A DNA stretch of 64,000 bases, from contig CAWHTE010000005.1 of NCBI GenBank assembly GCA_963832165.1, positions 224,001-288,000 of the forward strand, read 5' to 3'. Positions 32,217 to 40,903 of the stretch are shown here, piece after piece. The number at the start of each line of letters is the position of its first letter. Positions within the stretch are counted from its first letter, which is position 1. Made by a program: the position numbers and the translations under genes. The notes beneath the pieces are model-generated. The model worked only from the letters and a program-made list of their open reading frames with translations, searched no databases and was not told where the DNA came from. This stretch comes from an uncultured delta proteobacterium. GTDB taxonomy: Bacteria > Myxococcota_A > UBA9160 > SMWR01.

Positions 32217-32749
32217 GCGACGCGTCGCAGCACGTCCTCGCACACCTCGAGCAGTTGCGCGGCGCGGCCGCACGCGGGCCCGTGGTGGATCTCGCCTGCG
32301 GCCGCGGTCGCAATGCCCTCGCGATTGCAGCGCACGGGATCCCCGTGCTCGGCCTCGACCGCAACGCGGACTTCCTCGCCGAGCTCGCGGGCACCGCGCG
32401 CGTGCGCCAGCTGCCCGTGAGCGCCGTGCGCGCGGATCTCGAGTCCGCGCCCGCGCTGCCGCTCGCCGAGCGCCGCTGCGGAGCGCTGGTCGTCTGCCGC
32501 TATCTCCACCGTGCGCTCGCGCCCGCGCTCGAAGCCCTGCTCGCACCCGGCGGCTGGCTGCTCTACGAGACCTTCACGATTCACCAGAGGGATCTGGGCT
32601 ATGGCCCTGACAATCCAGCATTTCTTCTGAACCCCGGAGAGCTGCCCACGCTCTTCCCGCGGCTCGCGGTCGACCTCTACTGGGAGGGGCTCTCGGACGA
32701 GCCGCGGCCGGCCGCAGTCGCGCGCCTCGCGGCGCGCAAGCCGGCTTGA
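32213..32749 (+). CDS. Class I SAM-dependent methyltransferase (TehB-like)
   Basis: VDLACGRGRNA, YLHR, LAPGGWLLYETF and FLLNPGEL. Confidence 0.8.
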   Translation: MSDASQHVLAHLEQLRGAAARGPVVDLACGRGRNALAIAAHGIPVLGLDRNADFLAELAGTARVRQLPVSAVRADLESAPALPLAERRCGALVVCRYLHRALAPALEALLAPGGWLLYETFTIHQRDLGYGPDNPAFLLNPGELPTLFPRLAVDLYWEGLSDEPRPAAVARLAARKPA

Positions 32750-32897
32750 TGCGATGGCGGATTACGCCCTTCGGGCTAATCCGCCCTACACGATGCGATG
32801 GCGGATTACGCCCTTCGGGCTAATCCGCCCTACGTAGGGCGGATTAGCGCGTGAATCGCCGATCGAAGCGCGGATCACCCACCGCGTAATCCGCCAT
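32748..32897. repeat. REP/BIME cluster: two identical 42-bp copies (44-bp period) plus an inverted third copy
   Basis: 32748-32789 = 32792-32833 (minus strand GTAGGGCGGATTAGCCCGAAGGGCGTAATCCGCC); 32834-32897 is GTAGGGCGGATTAGCGCG...CGCGTAATCCGCC. Confidence 0.85.
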
Positions 32898-33963
32898 CCG
32901 AGAGGCGCGCGAGCGCCCAGCGCGCGTGCTCGGCCAGGACCGGATCGCCGCCTTCGAGATGGCGGCGCACCGAAGGCACGAGCGCGGCGTCGCGCGAGTT
33001 GCCCGCGGCCACGAGCGCGTTGCGCAGCAGGCCGCGATAGCCGGTGCGGCGCAGCGCCGTGCCGCGCGTCGCTTCGCGCCACGACTCGAGCGAGAGATCG
33101 AGCACCCACGCCAGCGCGGGAGCGCGCCATGCCTCGCGCGGTGCGAGCCGCGCGCGCAGCCCGAGCGGATCTGCGGGCACGGTGCGGCGCTCGCGCTGAT
33201 TCCACGGACACACCTCCTGGCAGATGTCGCAGCCGAAGCCCCAGTCTCCGTGGCCCGCGCGCAGGGGCTCGGGGATCGGCCCGCGCAGCTCGATCGTCGT
33301 GTACGAGAGGCAGCGCGTTGCATCGAGCACATACGGCTCCGGAAACGCGTCGGTCGGACACGCATCGAGGCACGCGCGGCAGGTCCCGCAGTGGTCCGGC
33401 TCGGGAGTACCCGGCGAAAGCTCGAGATCGGTGAGCACGACGCCCAGGAACAGATACGAGCCCAGGCGTGGATGGATCAAGCAGGTGTTCTTGCCGATCC
33501 AGCCCAGCCCCGCGTCGGCCGCGAACGCGCGCTCGAGCACGGGACCCGTGTCGACGTAGCCGCGCGTGCGCACGGGTGTGCCCGCGAGCGGCGCGAGCGC
33601 CGCCTCGAGCGCGCGCACGCGGTCGAGCAGCACGTCGTGGTAGTCATCGCCGCCCGCATAGCGCGCGATCCGGAACGAGCTCGCGTGCGGCTCGGGCCTG
33701 GCGCCGGGATCGTAGACGAGGCCGAGCGCGATCACGCTGCGCGCGCCCGGGAGCACGCAGCGCGGATCCTCGCGCCGCTCGACCCCGCGCGCGAGATAGG
33801 CCATCTCGCCGCCAAAGCCGCGCGCGAGCCACTCGCGCAGGAACGCCGCGCGCGCTCCGGGCTCCGCGCGCGCGATACCGACCAGGTCGAAGCCCAGCGC
33901 GGTCGCGAGCGCCTCGACGCGTTCAGTGAGCGGGAGCTCGCCGAGCGCGCCGCGATCCGACAT
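32875..33963 (-). CDS. queG: Epoxyqueuosine reductase
   Basis: DTGPVLER, GWIGKN, CGTCRACLDACPT and FGCDICQEVCPWN. Confidence 0.95.
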   Translation of the reverse strand: MSDRGALGELPLTERVEALATALGFDLVGIARAEPGARAAFLREWLARGFGGEMAYLARGVERREDPRCVLPGARSVIALGLVYDPGARPEPHASSFRIARYAGGDDYHDVLLDRVRALEAALAPLAGTPVRTRGYVDTGPVLERAFAADAGLGWIGKNTCLIHPRLGSYLFLGVVLTDLELSPGTPEPDHCGTCRACLDACPTDAFPEPYVLDATRCLSYTTIELRGPIPEPLRAGHGDWGFGCDICQEVCPWNQRERRTVPADPLGLRARLAPREAWRAPALAWVLDLSLESWREATRGTALRRTGYRGLLRNALVAAGNSRDAALVPSVRRHLEGGDPVLAEHARWALARLSDGGLRGG

Positions 33964-33967
33964 GGGA

Positions 33968-34807
33968 TCACGCGCTCGCTTGGCGCGCGGGACCCTCGCC
34001 GCGCGCCAGCCACGATCCGAGCGCCACCATGAGCAGCACCGCGAACGCCGAGGTGAGCAGCCCCGCGGACTCGTGCAGCGGACCCGTAGTGGCGCGCTCC
34101 GCGCCCCACGCCCCAGCTGCGATCACGGTCGCGACCACGCGGATCATGTTGCCGAACAGCGCCGCCGGCACCACGAACGCCACCAGGACCACGCGCTTCC
34201 ACGTGACACGCTGCGTGAAGCGCGCGAGCAGCACGCCCACCGGAATCAGGCTCAACAGCGACGTGATCCCGCTGCACGCCTCGGCCACGAACAGCGCGTC
34301 TCCGCTCGGGAGCCGCATCACATTGCCGTCGCGCATCACCGCCACGCCGAGCGCGTGCAACACTGCCACCGCGCCCGCACTCGCGAGCGTCTGCAGGTAG
34401 GTCACGATCGGCAACACGATCGCTTCGGGCAGCGGAACCATGAAGAGCAGGAAGGCGAGCGGAAACGCGAGTCGCTGGACGCCGCGCACCCCCCAGCGGT
34501 ATCCCACCAGCGCCGTGATCGCGCCGACGATCGCGAGCCCCTGCAGCGCGGCCTCGCTCGCGACCACGCCCAGCGCGTAGACCGCGAGCGCGAGCACGAG
34601 GCCCAGCAGCGCGGAGCGGTGGCGCTGGCTCGGCCCGAGCCCGCGGATCCTCGGGTGCGCGGTCAGGAGCGAGACCACGGGCACGAGGAAGCCGTGCTGG
34701 AAATATTCCGCCGACGCCCAGCGCTCGGCGAGCGTCATCACCCCGGGCGCGAACACCACCGCGACGGCGACCCAGAGCATGATCTCGTCGCTGCGCGTGC
34801 GCGGCAT
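33968..34807 (-). CDS. xrt: Exosortase family protein
   Basis: HGFLVP, FPLAFLLFMVPLP, catalytic VAEACSG, N.IR and H. Confidence 0.9.
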   Translation of the reverse strand: MPRTRSDEIMLWVAVAVVFAPGVMTLAERWASAEYFQHGFLVPVVSLLTAHPRIRGLGPSQRHRSALLGLVLALAVYALGVVASEAALQGLAIVGAITALVGYRWGVRGVQRLAFPLAFLLFMVPLPEAIVLPIVTYLQTLASAGAVAVLHALGVAVMRDGNVMRLPSGDALFVAEACSGITSLLSLIPVGVLLARFTQRVTWKRVVLVAFVVPAALFGNMIRVVATVIAAGAWGAERATTGPLHESAGLLTSAFAVLLMVALGSWLARGEGPARQASA

Positions 34808-34913
34808 GGGACCTCGGGGGCTGACCGCGCGAGCTTGACCCGGATCCGGGCCCGCGCAAAGCCCTTCCCCGCCGCTCGCGGCCCCGTGCGCCGTAGTGCT
34901 ATCCATCTTGTTC

Positions 34914-35063
34914 ATGCGACTCCCGAATACCGATTCGAATCCGATCGCCCACGTCGACCTCGCCACGCCGGAGACCCGCTACGAGCCGCCGCGCTTCGAG
35001 CTGATCTGCCTGGCCTGCGAGATCTCGGCCTACGCACCCGACTCGGATCTGCCACTCTTCTAG
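34914..35063 (+). CDS. pqqA: PqqA-like RiPP precursor peptide (49 aa; absent from the ORF track)
   Basis: MRLPNTDSNPIAHVDLATPETRYEPPRFELICLACEISAYAPDSDLPLF: aromatic-x-x-P-x-F leader followed by an ExxxY core. Confidence 0.65.
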   Translation: MRLPNTDSNPIAHVDLATPETRYEPPRFELICLACEISAYAPDSDLPLF

Positions 35064-35083
35064 GGTCCGCGACCCGCGCGCCC

Positions 35084-36046
35084 TCAACCGTCCCGGGAGG
35101 GCGGCGGCGACGCGCTGAGCCGGTTCACGAGCTCGCGGAACTTCGGGTGCGCGAGCAGCCCGATCGTGTCCCCGCTCTGGAGCATCGCGACCACGGCCGG
35201 GTCCGCGAGCAGCTCCTGCACCGCGGGATCATCGCGCAGTCCGCGCAGGCGCGGACCGATCTGCTCGATCACCTGCGCGATCGATTGGCGGAACACCTCG
35301 GCGTCGAACGCCGCCTCATCGGCGACGAGTCCCAGATCCGCGAACTTCTGCCGCAGCTCTGAGTTGCGCGCGAGGCTCTGGAAGCTGCGGCGCCGCAGCG
35401 CCATGTCGGGATAGCCCGCTTCGATGTCGCTCCAGAAGTCGGCGTCGCTGCGCAGCTCCGCGATGCTCGGGTCGTCCAGGACCGTCTGGAGATCGGCTGC
35501 GGCCACCTGCGGACGCGCCGCGAAGCGGGCGACGAAGCGGGCGCTCGGCTCCGTGGTGTCGACGGCGGTCTCGATCGCGCTCTGGACCACGCCGCTCGTG
35601 AAGTCGGCCGCAACCGAGTCGCCGATCTCGGGCAGCACCGCGACCGCGCCCGTTGCGCGCAGCGCGTCGACCCACAGCGCGAGGTACACGACCATCAGCG
35701 CGAGCGCTGCGCCTCGCACCGCGCCGAAGCTCGCGCCGAGGAAGCGATCGCGCGGACTGCGTCCCGCGTTCGAGCGCGGACCGAGTCGACGCGCAAAGCG
35801 CGCGGCGATGGCGAGCACCGCATACGCGACCGCGAACACGGCCGTGCACGCGGCCACCGTGGCCGGGAGCGGGCCGAGCCCGAGCCGTGCGCCCACGGCC
35901 GGTGCGAACGCGGGGCCCAGCAGCACGGCCGCCGCATAGGACACCACGAGCGTCGCGATCGCGAGCCCGGTCGCGAGCCCGCCACGCCACGCCCCGGCTG
36001 CCACGCACACGGCCAGCAGCAGCCCTGCGAGTGCGTTCAACCACAT
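35084..36046 (-). CDS. CvpA family membrane protein with a C-terminal extension
   Basis: GAWRGG, four TM helices and DRFLGASFGAVRG. Confidence 0.75.
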   Translation of the reverse strand: MWLNALAGLLLAVCVAAGAWRGGLATGLAIATLVVSYAAAVLLGPAFAPAVGARLGLGPLPATVAACTAVFAVAYAVLAIAARFARRLGPRSNAGRSPRDRFLGASFGAVRGAALALMVVYLALWVDALRATGAVAVLPEIGDSVAADFTSGVVQSAIETAVDTTEPSARFVARFAARPQVAAADLQTVLDDPSIAELRSDADFWSDIEAGYPDMALRRRSFQSLARNSELRQKFADLGLVADEAAFDAEVFRQSIAQVIEQIGPRLRGLRDDPAVQELLADPAVVAMLQSGDTIGLLAHPKFRELVNRLSASPPPSRDG

Positions 36047-36183
36047 CGCCTCCGGATCGTCCGGGCGCGCGCCCTCCTAAAGGATGGGACCCCCGAGGGG
36101 CCACACTTGCTCTTTCCCGATGGCCGCTGCCGGCGGGCTGCGATACAGAGGGACAGGCCGCTTTCCCCCGCGAGGAACTACCG

Positions 36184-37620
36184 ATGCGCGCGCGCAACAT
36201 CCGCAAGACCAAGCTGATCGCGACGATCGGTCCCGCCTGCGACGGCCTCGACACGATCAAGGCGATGATCCACGCCGGGATGAACGTGGCGCGGCTCAAC
36301 TTCTCGCACGACACCCACGTCGAGCACCGCAAGCGGCTCGAGCTGGTGCGCCAGGCCGCGCGCGAGCTCGGCGCGAACGTCGCCGTGATGCTGGATACCA
36401 AGGGCGTGAAGATCCGCACGGGCCGCGTCGAGGGCGGCATGGCCCGGCTCGTCACGGGGGATCCGTTCACGCTCTACACGGACGGCCGGATCGGGGATGC
36501 GCGCGGCGCGACGGTCTCCTACACGCAGCTGCCCGAAGAGGTGGTCACAGGCTCGAAGATCCTGATCGACGACGGCGTGATCGAGCTGCAGGTCGAGGCG
36601 GTCGAATCCGACCAGATCCGCTGCCGGATCACGCGCGGCGGCAACCTCGCCGACCGCAAGGGCGTGAACCTGCCCGGCACGTTCCTGGGCATGCCCGCGA
36701 TGACCGCCGAGAACCGCGCCGATCTCGTGTTCGCGGTCGAGAACGGCGTCGACTACATCGCCGCGTCGTTCGTGCGCGGCCGCGAGGACGTGCGCGAGAT
36801 CCGCCAGGTGCTCACGGAGCACGGCGCCAACATCCCGATCATCGCGAAGATCGAGGCCGCGGTGGGCGTGCAGAATCTCGAGGAGATCGTCGCGGAGGCC
36901 GACGGCACGATGGTGGCGCGCGGCGACCTCGGCGTGGAGATCCCGCTCCAGGAGGTCCCGCTCACCCAGAAGCGGATCATCCGCGCCACGGTGATGAACG
37001 GCAAGCCCGTGATCACGGCGACGCAGATGCTCGACTCGATGCGCAGCTCGCCGCTGCCGACGCGCGCGGAGGTCAGCGACGTGGCCAACGCGATCCTCGA
37101 CGGCACGTCGGCGGTGATGCTCTCGAACGAGACCGCGGCCGGGAAGTACCCCGTGGAGGCCGTGCGTACGATGGCGTCGCTCGCGCTCGAAGCGGAGAAG
37201 GGACTGCGCGAGTACGGCCACCTGCAGCAGGTCTCGGCGGCGCGCACACACGAGGTAACCGAGGCGGTGTGCCAGGCCGCGATCACGATGGCCAACCATC
37301 TCCAGGCCGGGGCGATCATCGCACTGACCGAATCGGGCCGAACCGCGCGCTGGATCTCCAAATACCGACCGCGCTGCCCGATCCTGGGCGTCTCGCACTC
37401 GCCCACCGTGGCGCGCGCGTTCGCGATGAACTGGGGTGTTACCGGCGTGCTGCTCGAGACCGACGCCGCCGCGGGTGACGACGACGAGATTCAGGCGGCG
37501 CTGGCGCGCGCACGCGACCTCGGCATCGCCGCACCTGGTGACGTGTGCGTGGTCACCGCAGGTCGCAGCCGCGAGACGGGCAGCACCAACCTGATCCGCG
37601 TCGTGAGCGTTCCGGCCTAG
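36184..37620 (+). CDS. pyk: Pyruvate kinase
   Basis: RKTKLIATIGP, ARLNFSH, MVARGDLGVE and ATQMLDSM. Confidence 0.95.
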   Translation: MRARNIRKTKLIATIGPACDGLDTIKAMIHAGMNVARLNFSHDTHVEHRKRLELVRQAARELGANVAVMLDTKGVKIRTGRVEGGMARLVTGDPFTLYTDGRIGDARGATVSYTQLPEEVVTGSKILIDDGVIELQVEAVESDQIRCRITRGGNLADRKGVNLPGTFLGMPAMTAENRADLVFAVENGVDYIAASFVRGREDVREIRQVLTEHGANIPIIAKIEAAVGVQNLEEIVAEADGTMVARGDLGVEIPLQEVPLTQKRIIRATVMNGKPVITATQMLDSMRSSPLPTRAEVSDVANAILDGTSAVMLSNETAAGKYPVEAVRTMASLALEAEKGLREYGHLQQVSAARTHEVTEAVCQAAITMANHLQAGAIIALTESGRTARWISKYRPRCPILGVSHSPTVARAFAMNWGVTGVLLETDAAAGDDDEIQAALARARDLGIAAPGDVCVVTAGRSRETGSTNLIRVVSVPA

Positions 37621-37637
37621 CCTAACGAGCAGAGATC

Positions 37638-38057
37638 ATGAAGTACCTGCACACGATGGTGCGCGTCTCGAACCTCGAGCAGTCGCTCGACTTCTACTGC
37701 GCGAAGCTCGGGCTCGTGGAGCTGCGGCGCGCCGAGGTACACGCCGGGCGCTTCACGCTCGTGTTCCTCGCCGCGCCCGGCGACACGAACGCGCAGGTGG
37801 AGCTCACTTACAACTGGGATCCCGAGACGCTCGAGGGCGGCCGCAACTTCGGCCATCTCGCCTATCGCGTCGACGACATCTACGCGCTGTGCCAGCGGCT
37901 GCTCGATGCGGGCGTGACGATCCACCGCCCCCCGCGCGATGGACACATGGCCTTCGTGCGCTCCCCGGACGGGATCTCGATCGAGCTGCTCCAGAACGGC
38001 GCCCCGCTGCCCAAGACCGAGCCGTGGGCGTCGATGCCGAACGTGGGGACCTGGTAG
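37638..38057 (+). CDS. gloA: Lactoylglutathione lyase
   Basis: YLHTMVRV, ELTYNW, FGHLAY and SPDGISIEL. Confidence 0.9.
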   Translation: MKYLHTMVRVSNLEQSLDFYCAKLGLVELRRAEVHAGRFTLVFLAAPGDTNAQVELTYNWDPETLEGGRNFGHLAYRVDDIYALCQRLLDAGVTIHRPPRDGHMAFVRSPDGISIELLQNGAPLPKTEPWASMPNVGTW

Positions 38058-38060
38058 GTC

Positions 38061-38097
38061 ATTACACGAGTTGCTCCAGTTTTACTGATCGTGTAAT
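38061..38097. promoter_or_regulatory. Inverted repeat, putative operator of the PaaX-like regulator
   Basis: ATTACACGA-N19-TCGTGTAAT in an AT-rich patch 9 nt before the start codon. Confidence 0.55.
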
Positions 38098-38106
38098 ATC
38101 AGCCAG

Positions 38107-38955
38107 GTGCGACAGCCCACTCCGCGCAGCCTGATCGTCGACCTACTCTCGACGCTGCGGCGCGGGAGCATGCCCGTGGCCGCGCTGGTCCAGGCCGGCG
38201 CGCTGTTCGGGATCGCCGACGGCAGCGTGCGCGTGGCATTGCACCGGCTGCTCGCCGAAGGACGCGTGGAGAGCGACGAGCGCGGGCAGTACCGGCTCGG
38301 CGCTGCGGCCGCGCCCGTGCAGTCGGTGGTCGCGAGCTGGCGCGAGCTCGATCGCCGCACGCGCCCCTGGAACGGGCGCTGGATCGCCGTGCACGCGGAC
38401 ACCGCGCGGCGGCGGCGCGCACGCATCGACCCCGCGGCGCGCGCGCTGCGCCTGTTCGGCTTCGAGCTGCTCGCGCCCGGGCTGTTGGTGCGGCCCGCGA
38501 ATCTCCGCGAGGGAGTCGATGGGGTACGCGTTGCGCTGAGAGAGCTCGGGCTGCCTTCGGCAGCCCTCGTATATGAGCTCGGCGAGCTCGAGCCCACAGC
38601 CGACGCCCGCGCCCGCGCCCTCTGGGACGGCGAAGCGCTCGTGCGCGGCTACCGCGCGGCGCGCCGCGAGATCGAGCGCAGCAGCGCTCGGCTCGCGGGT
38701 CTGTCCGATGCCGACGCGATGGTCGAGTCGTTCGCGCTCGGCGGGCGGGTGCTGCAGCAGCTCGTGCTCGACCCGCTGCTGCCCTCCCCGCTCGTCGACG
38801 AACGCGAGCGCCGCGCACTGCTCGAGAGCATGCGCGCCTACGACCGCCTGGGGCGCAACGCCTGGGCCGGCTTCCTGGGGCGCTTCGGTGTCCCGCATCG
38901 CACCGCGCCCGCAGACACGCGCTGGGCCGCCGAGGGCTTCGCCCAGAGCGCGTGA
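38107..38955 (+). CDS. PaaX family transcriptional regulator
   Basis: RSLIVDLL, LFGI...SVRVALHRL, WNGRW and DPLLP. Confidence 0.8.
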   Translation: MRQPTPRSLIVDLLSTLRRGSMPVAALVQAGALFGIADGSVRVALHRLLAEGRVESDERGQYRLGAAAAPVQSVVASWRELDRRTRPWNGRWIAVHADTARRRRARIDPAARALRLFGFELLAPGLLVRPANLREGVDGVRVALRELGLPSAALVYELGELEPTADARARALWDGEALVRGYRAARREIERSSARLAGLSDADAMVESFALGGRVLQQLVLDPLLPSPLVDERERRALLESMRAYDRLGRNAWAGFLGRFGVPHRTAPADTRWAAEGFAQSA

Positions 38956-38972
38956 AACGATCTGGAGGACTC

Positions 38973-39977
38973 ATGAGCGCAGCACATCCGCAGACCACTC
39001 CGCCGACCTGGCGCGACATCGTCACGCGCGACGAGATCGACCGCTGGCTCGCGATGGACGATTGGAAGAGCTGGGCATCGATCGCGCTCGACTGGGCGAT
39101 CGTATTCGCGTCGATGGCGCTCGTGGTGGTGTGGACGAACCCGCTCACGATCGTGCTCGCACTCTTCCTGATCGGGGCGCGGCAGCTCGGCCTCGCCGTG
39201 CTGATGCACGAGGCCTCCCATCGCTCGCTGTTCTCGAACAAGAAGGTCAATGACTGGGCGGGCAACTGGCTGTGCGCCTATCCGGTGTGGAGCGACCTCC
39301 GTCCGTATCGCCCCTATCACCTCCAGCACCACGCGCATACCGGTTCGAAGAACGACCCGGACCTGGGACTCATCACGCCGTTCCCGATCACGCCGGCGAG
39401 CCTCCGGCGCAAGATCGTGCGCGACCTGACGGGCCAGACCGGATTCAAGTTCGCGGTGGCCGCGTTCCAGCGCACGTTCGGGCGCTGGAGCAAGGATCCC
39501 GTGTCGCGCCGCGCCGCGATCGGATTCGCGACCACCAACGCGCTGCTGCTCGCGCTGCTCACGGCGGCCGGCTACCCCGCGCTCTACCTGCTCTGGGCGG
39601 GCGCGTGGCTCACCACGAACACGCTCGTCACGCGGATCCGCTCGATCGCGGAGCACGCGCTCACGCCGAGCGCGGCCGAGCCGCGCGGGCTCACGCGCAC
39701 CACGATCCCCGCGTGGTGGGAGCGCCTGCTGATCGCGCCCAATTGCGTGAACTATCACATGGAGCACCACCTGCTGATCACGGTGCCCCACTACAACCTG
39801 CGCGCGATGCACGATCGCCTCACCGAGCTCGGCGTGGTCGACCCGGGCTGCGTGGACCACGGCTACGCGGCGATCCTGCGCCGGGCCGCCTCGAAGCGCG
39901 GCGACGCGGCCACCGAGTCGGTCCATCTCTTCGAAGACCGCGGCGCGCACACGCCGCCGCGCACGCCGCCGTTCTAG
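38973..39977 (+). CDS. Fatty acid desaturase family protein
   Basis: His boxes HEASH, HLQHH and EH...YHMEHH; GGAGG RBS. Confidence 0.85.
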   Translation: MSAAHPQTTPPTWRDIVTRDEIDRWLAMDDWKSWASIALDWAIVFASMALVVVWTNPLTIVLALFLIGARQLGLAVLMHEASHRSLFSNKKVNDWAGNWLCAYPVWSDLRPYRPYHLQHHAHTGSKNDPDLGLITPFPITPASLRRKIVRDLTGQTGFKFAVAAFQRTFGRWSKDPVSRRAAIGFATTNALLLALLTAAGYPALYLLWAGAWLTTNTLVTRIRSIAEHALTPSAAEPRGLTRTTIPAWWERLLIAPNCVNYHMEHHLLITVPHYNLRAMHDRLTELGVVDPGCVDHGYAAILRRAASKRGDAATESVHLFEDRGAHTPPRTPPF

Positions 39978-39978
39978 T

Positions 39979-40398
39979 TCAATCGCCGATGCGGAGAACC
40001 TCGCCCAGCACCGTCCTGGCGATGCGCTCGAGGCGGCGGTCCGCGGTGGCGAGCGCTGCTCCGTACTCGATCGCGGCGGCGAGGTAGAGGCAGTCGTAGA
40101 CCGGGTGCCCCAGGCGAAGGCCGAGTTCGAATGCGCGGTCGACGAGCCAGCGGGAGCCGACCAGACGCGGGCGGTCGCTATCCCAGAGCTCGAGAACCTC
40201 GCGCGCGAACTCTTCGCTGCACTCACGGCTACGCACCCTCTTCCAGAGGATGCTCGCGAGCTCGAGATCGATCAGGTCGGGCGCGATCAGGACCCGACGC
40301 CCCTCGTTGCCATCCGCGAGCAGCGCGGCGGCAGACGCCTGCCCGGCTTCCGGGAAGTACCACTTCGCGGCAACGCTTGCATCGACGACGGTATTCAC
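39979..40398 (-). CDS. vapC: VapC PIN-domain toxin
   Basis: VVDASVAAKW, VYDCLYLA and LATADRRL. Confidence 0.85.
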   Translation of the reverse strand: MNTVVDASVAAKWYFPEAGQASAAALLADGNEGRRVLIAPDLIDLELASILWKRVRSRECSEEFAREVLELWDSDRPRLVGSRWLVDRAFELGLRLGHPVYDCLYLAAAIEYGAALATADRRLERIARTVLGEVLRIGD

Positions 40399-40646
40399 CG
40401 CCGGCGGTCTTCCCGGATCAGCTTCTCGCTCGGGGTACTCTCACCGAACTGACGTTTGATCCGCCGGCGCAGCGCTTCCCGTTGGGCATCCTGGGCGCGA
40501 CTTCGCTCACGGCGCAGATCCTCCTGGGCCTCGCGCGCGAGGATGTCGCAGATCAGGGCGTTGAGGCTGCGGGATTCGCGCGCCGCTCGGCGGCGCAGTG
40601 CCTCCGCGACCTTCGCATCGAGATTTCGGAGTGTCATCGCGGGCAT
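40395..40646 (-). CDS. FitA/Arc-like RHH antitoxin
   Basis: MTLRNLD...LRRRAA...RSLN..I..IL and C-terminal S..LIREDR; overlaps the toxin start. Confidence 0.8.
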   Translation of the reverse strand: MPAMTLRNLDAKVAEALRRRAARESRSLNALICDILAREAQEDLRRERSRAQDAQREALRRRIKRQFGESTPSEKLIREDRRR

Positions 40647-40827
40647 CGGCGGGACCGGGTGATGACACTTTGATACCGCTTCCGGCGGCAGAGCGCTACC
40701 CAGGTCTCCGACGACGCGGAGGCATGGCAGCGAAGTCCCCAGCGCCCGACCGGATCGCGAACCCGCGGCGACGTCCCTCGCGTTTCGACCGCCTCGGGGA
40801 ATCCCTCTCTGCTAGGATCGGCTCCAC

Positions 40828-40903
40828 GCGCGAGTAGCTCAGTTGGTAGAGCATCAGCTTCCCAAGCTGAGGGTCGCGGGTTCGAACCCCGTCTCGCGCT
40901 CCA
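40828..40903 (+). tRNA. tRNA-Gly(CCC)
   Basis: Acceptor stem GCGCGAG/CTCGCGC, anticodon arm TCAGC-TTCCCAA-GCTGA, GGTTCGAA T-loop and encoded CCA. Confidence 0.97.

Noticed and set aside
32748..32897. Possible CRISPR array
   Set aside because: The units are adjacent (2-nt gap) with no unique spacers, have GTAG-REP structure, and there are no cas genes
39979..40646. vapBC as cargo of the integrated element
   Set aside because: It lies upstream of the tRNA, outside the att-bounded region
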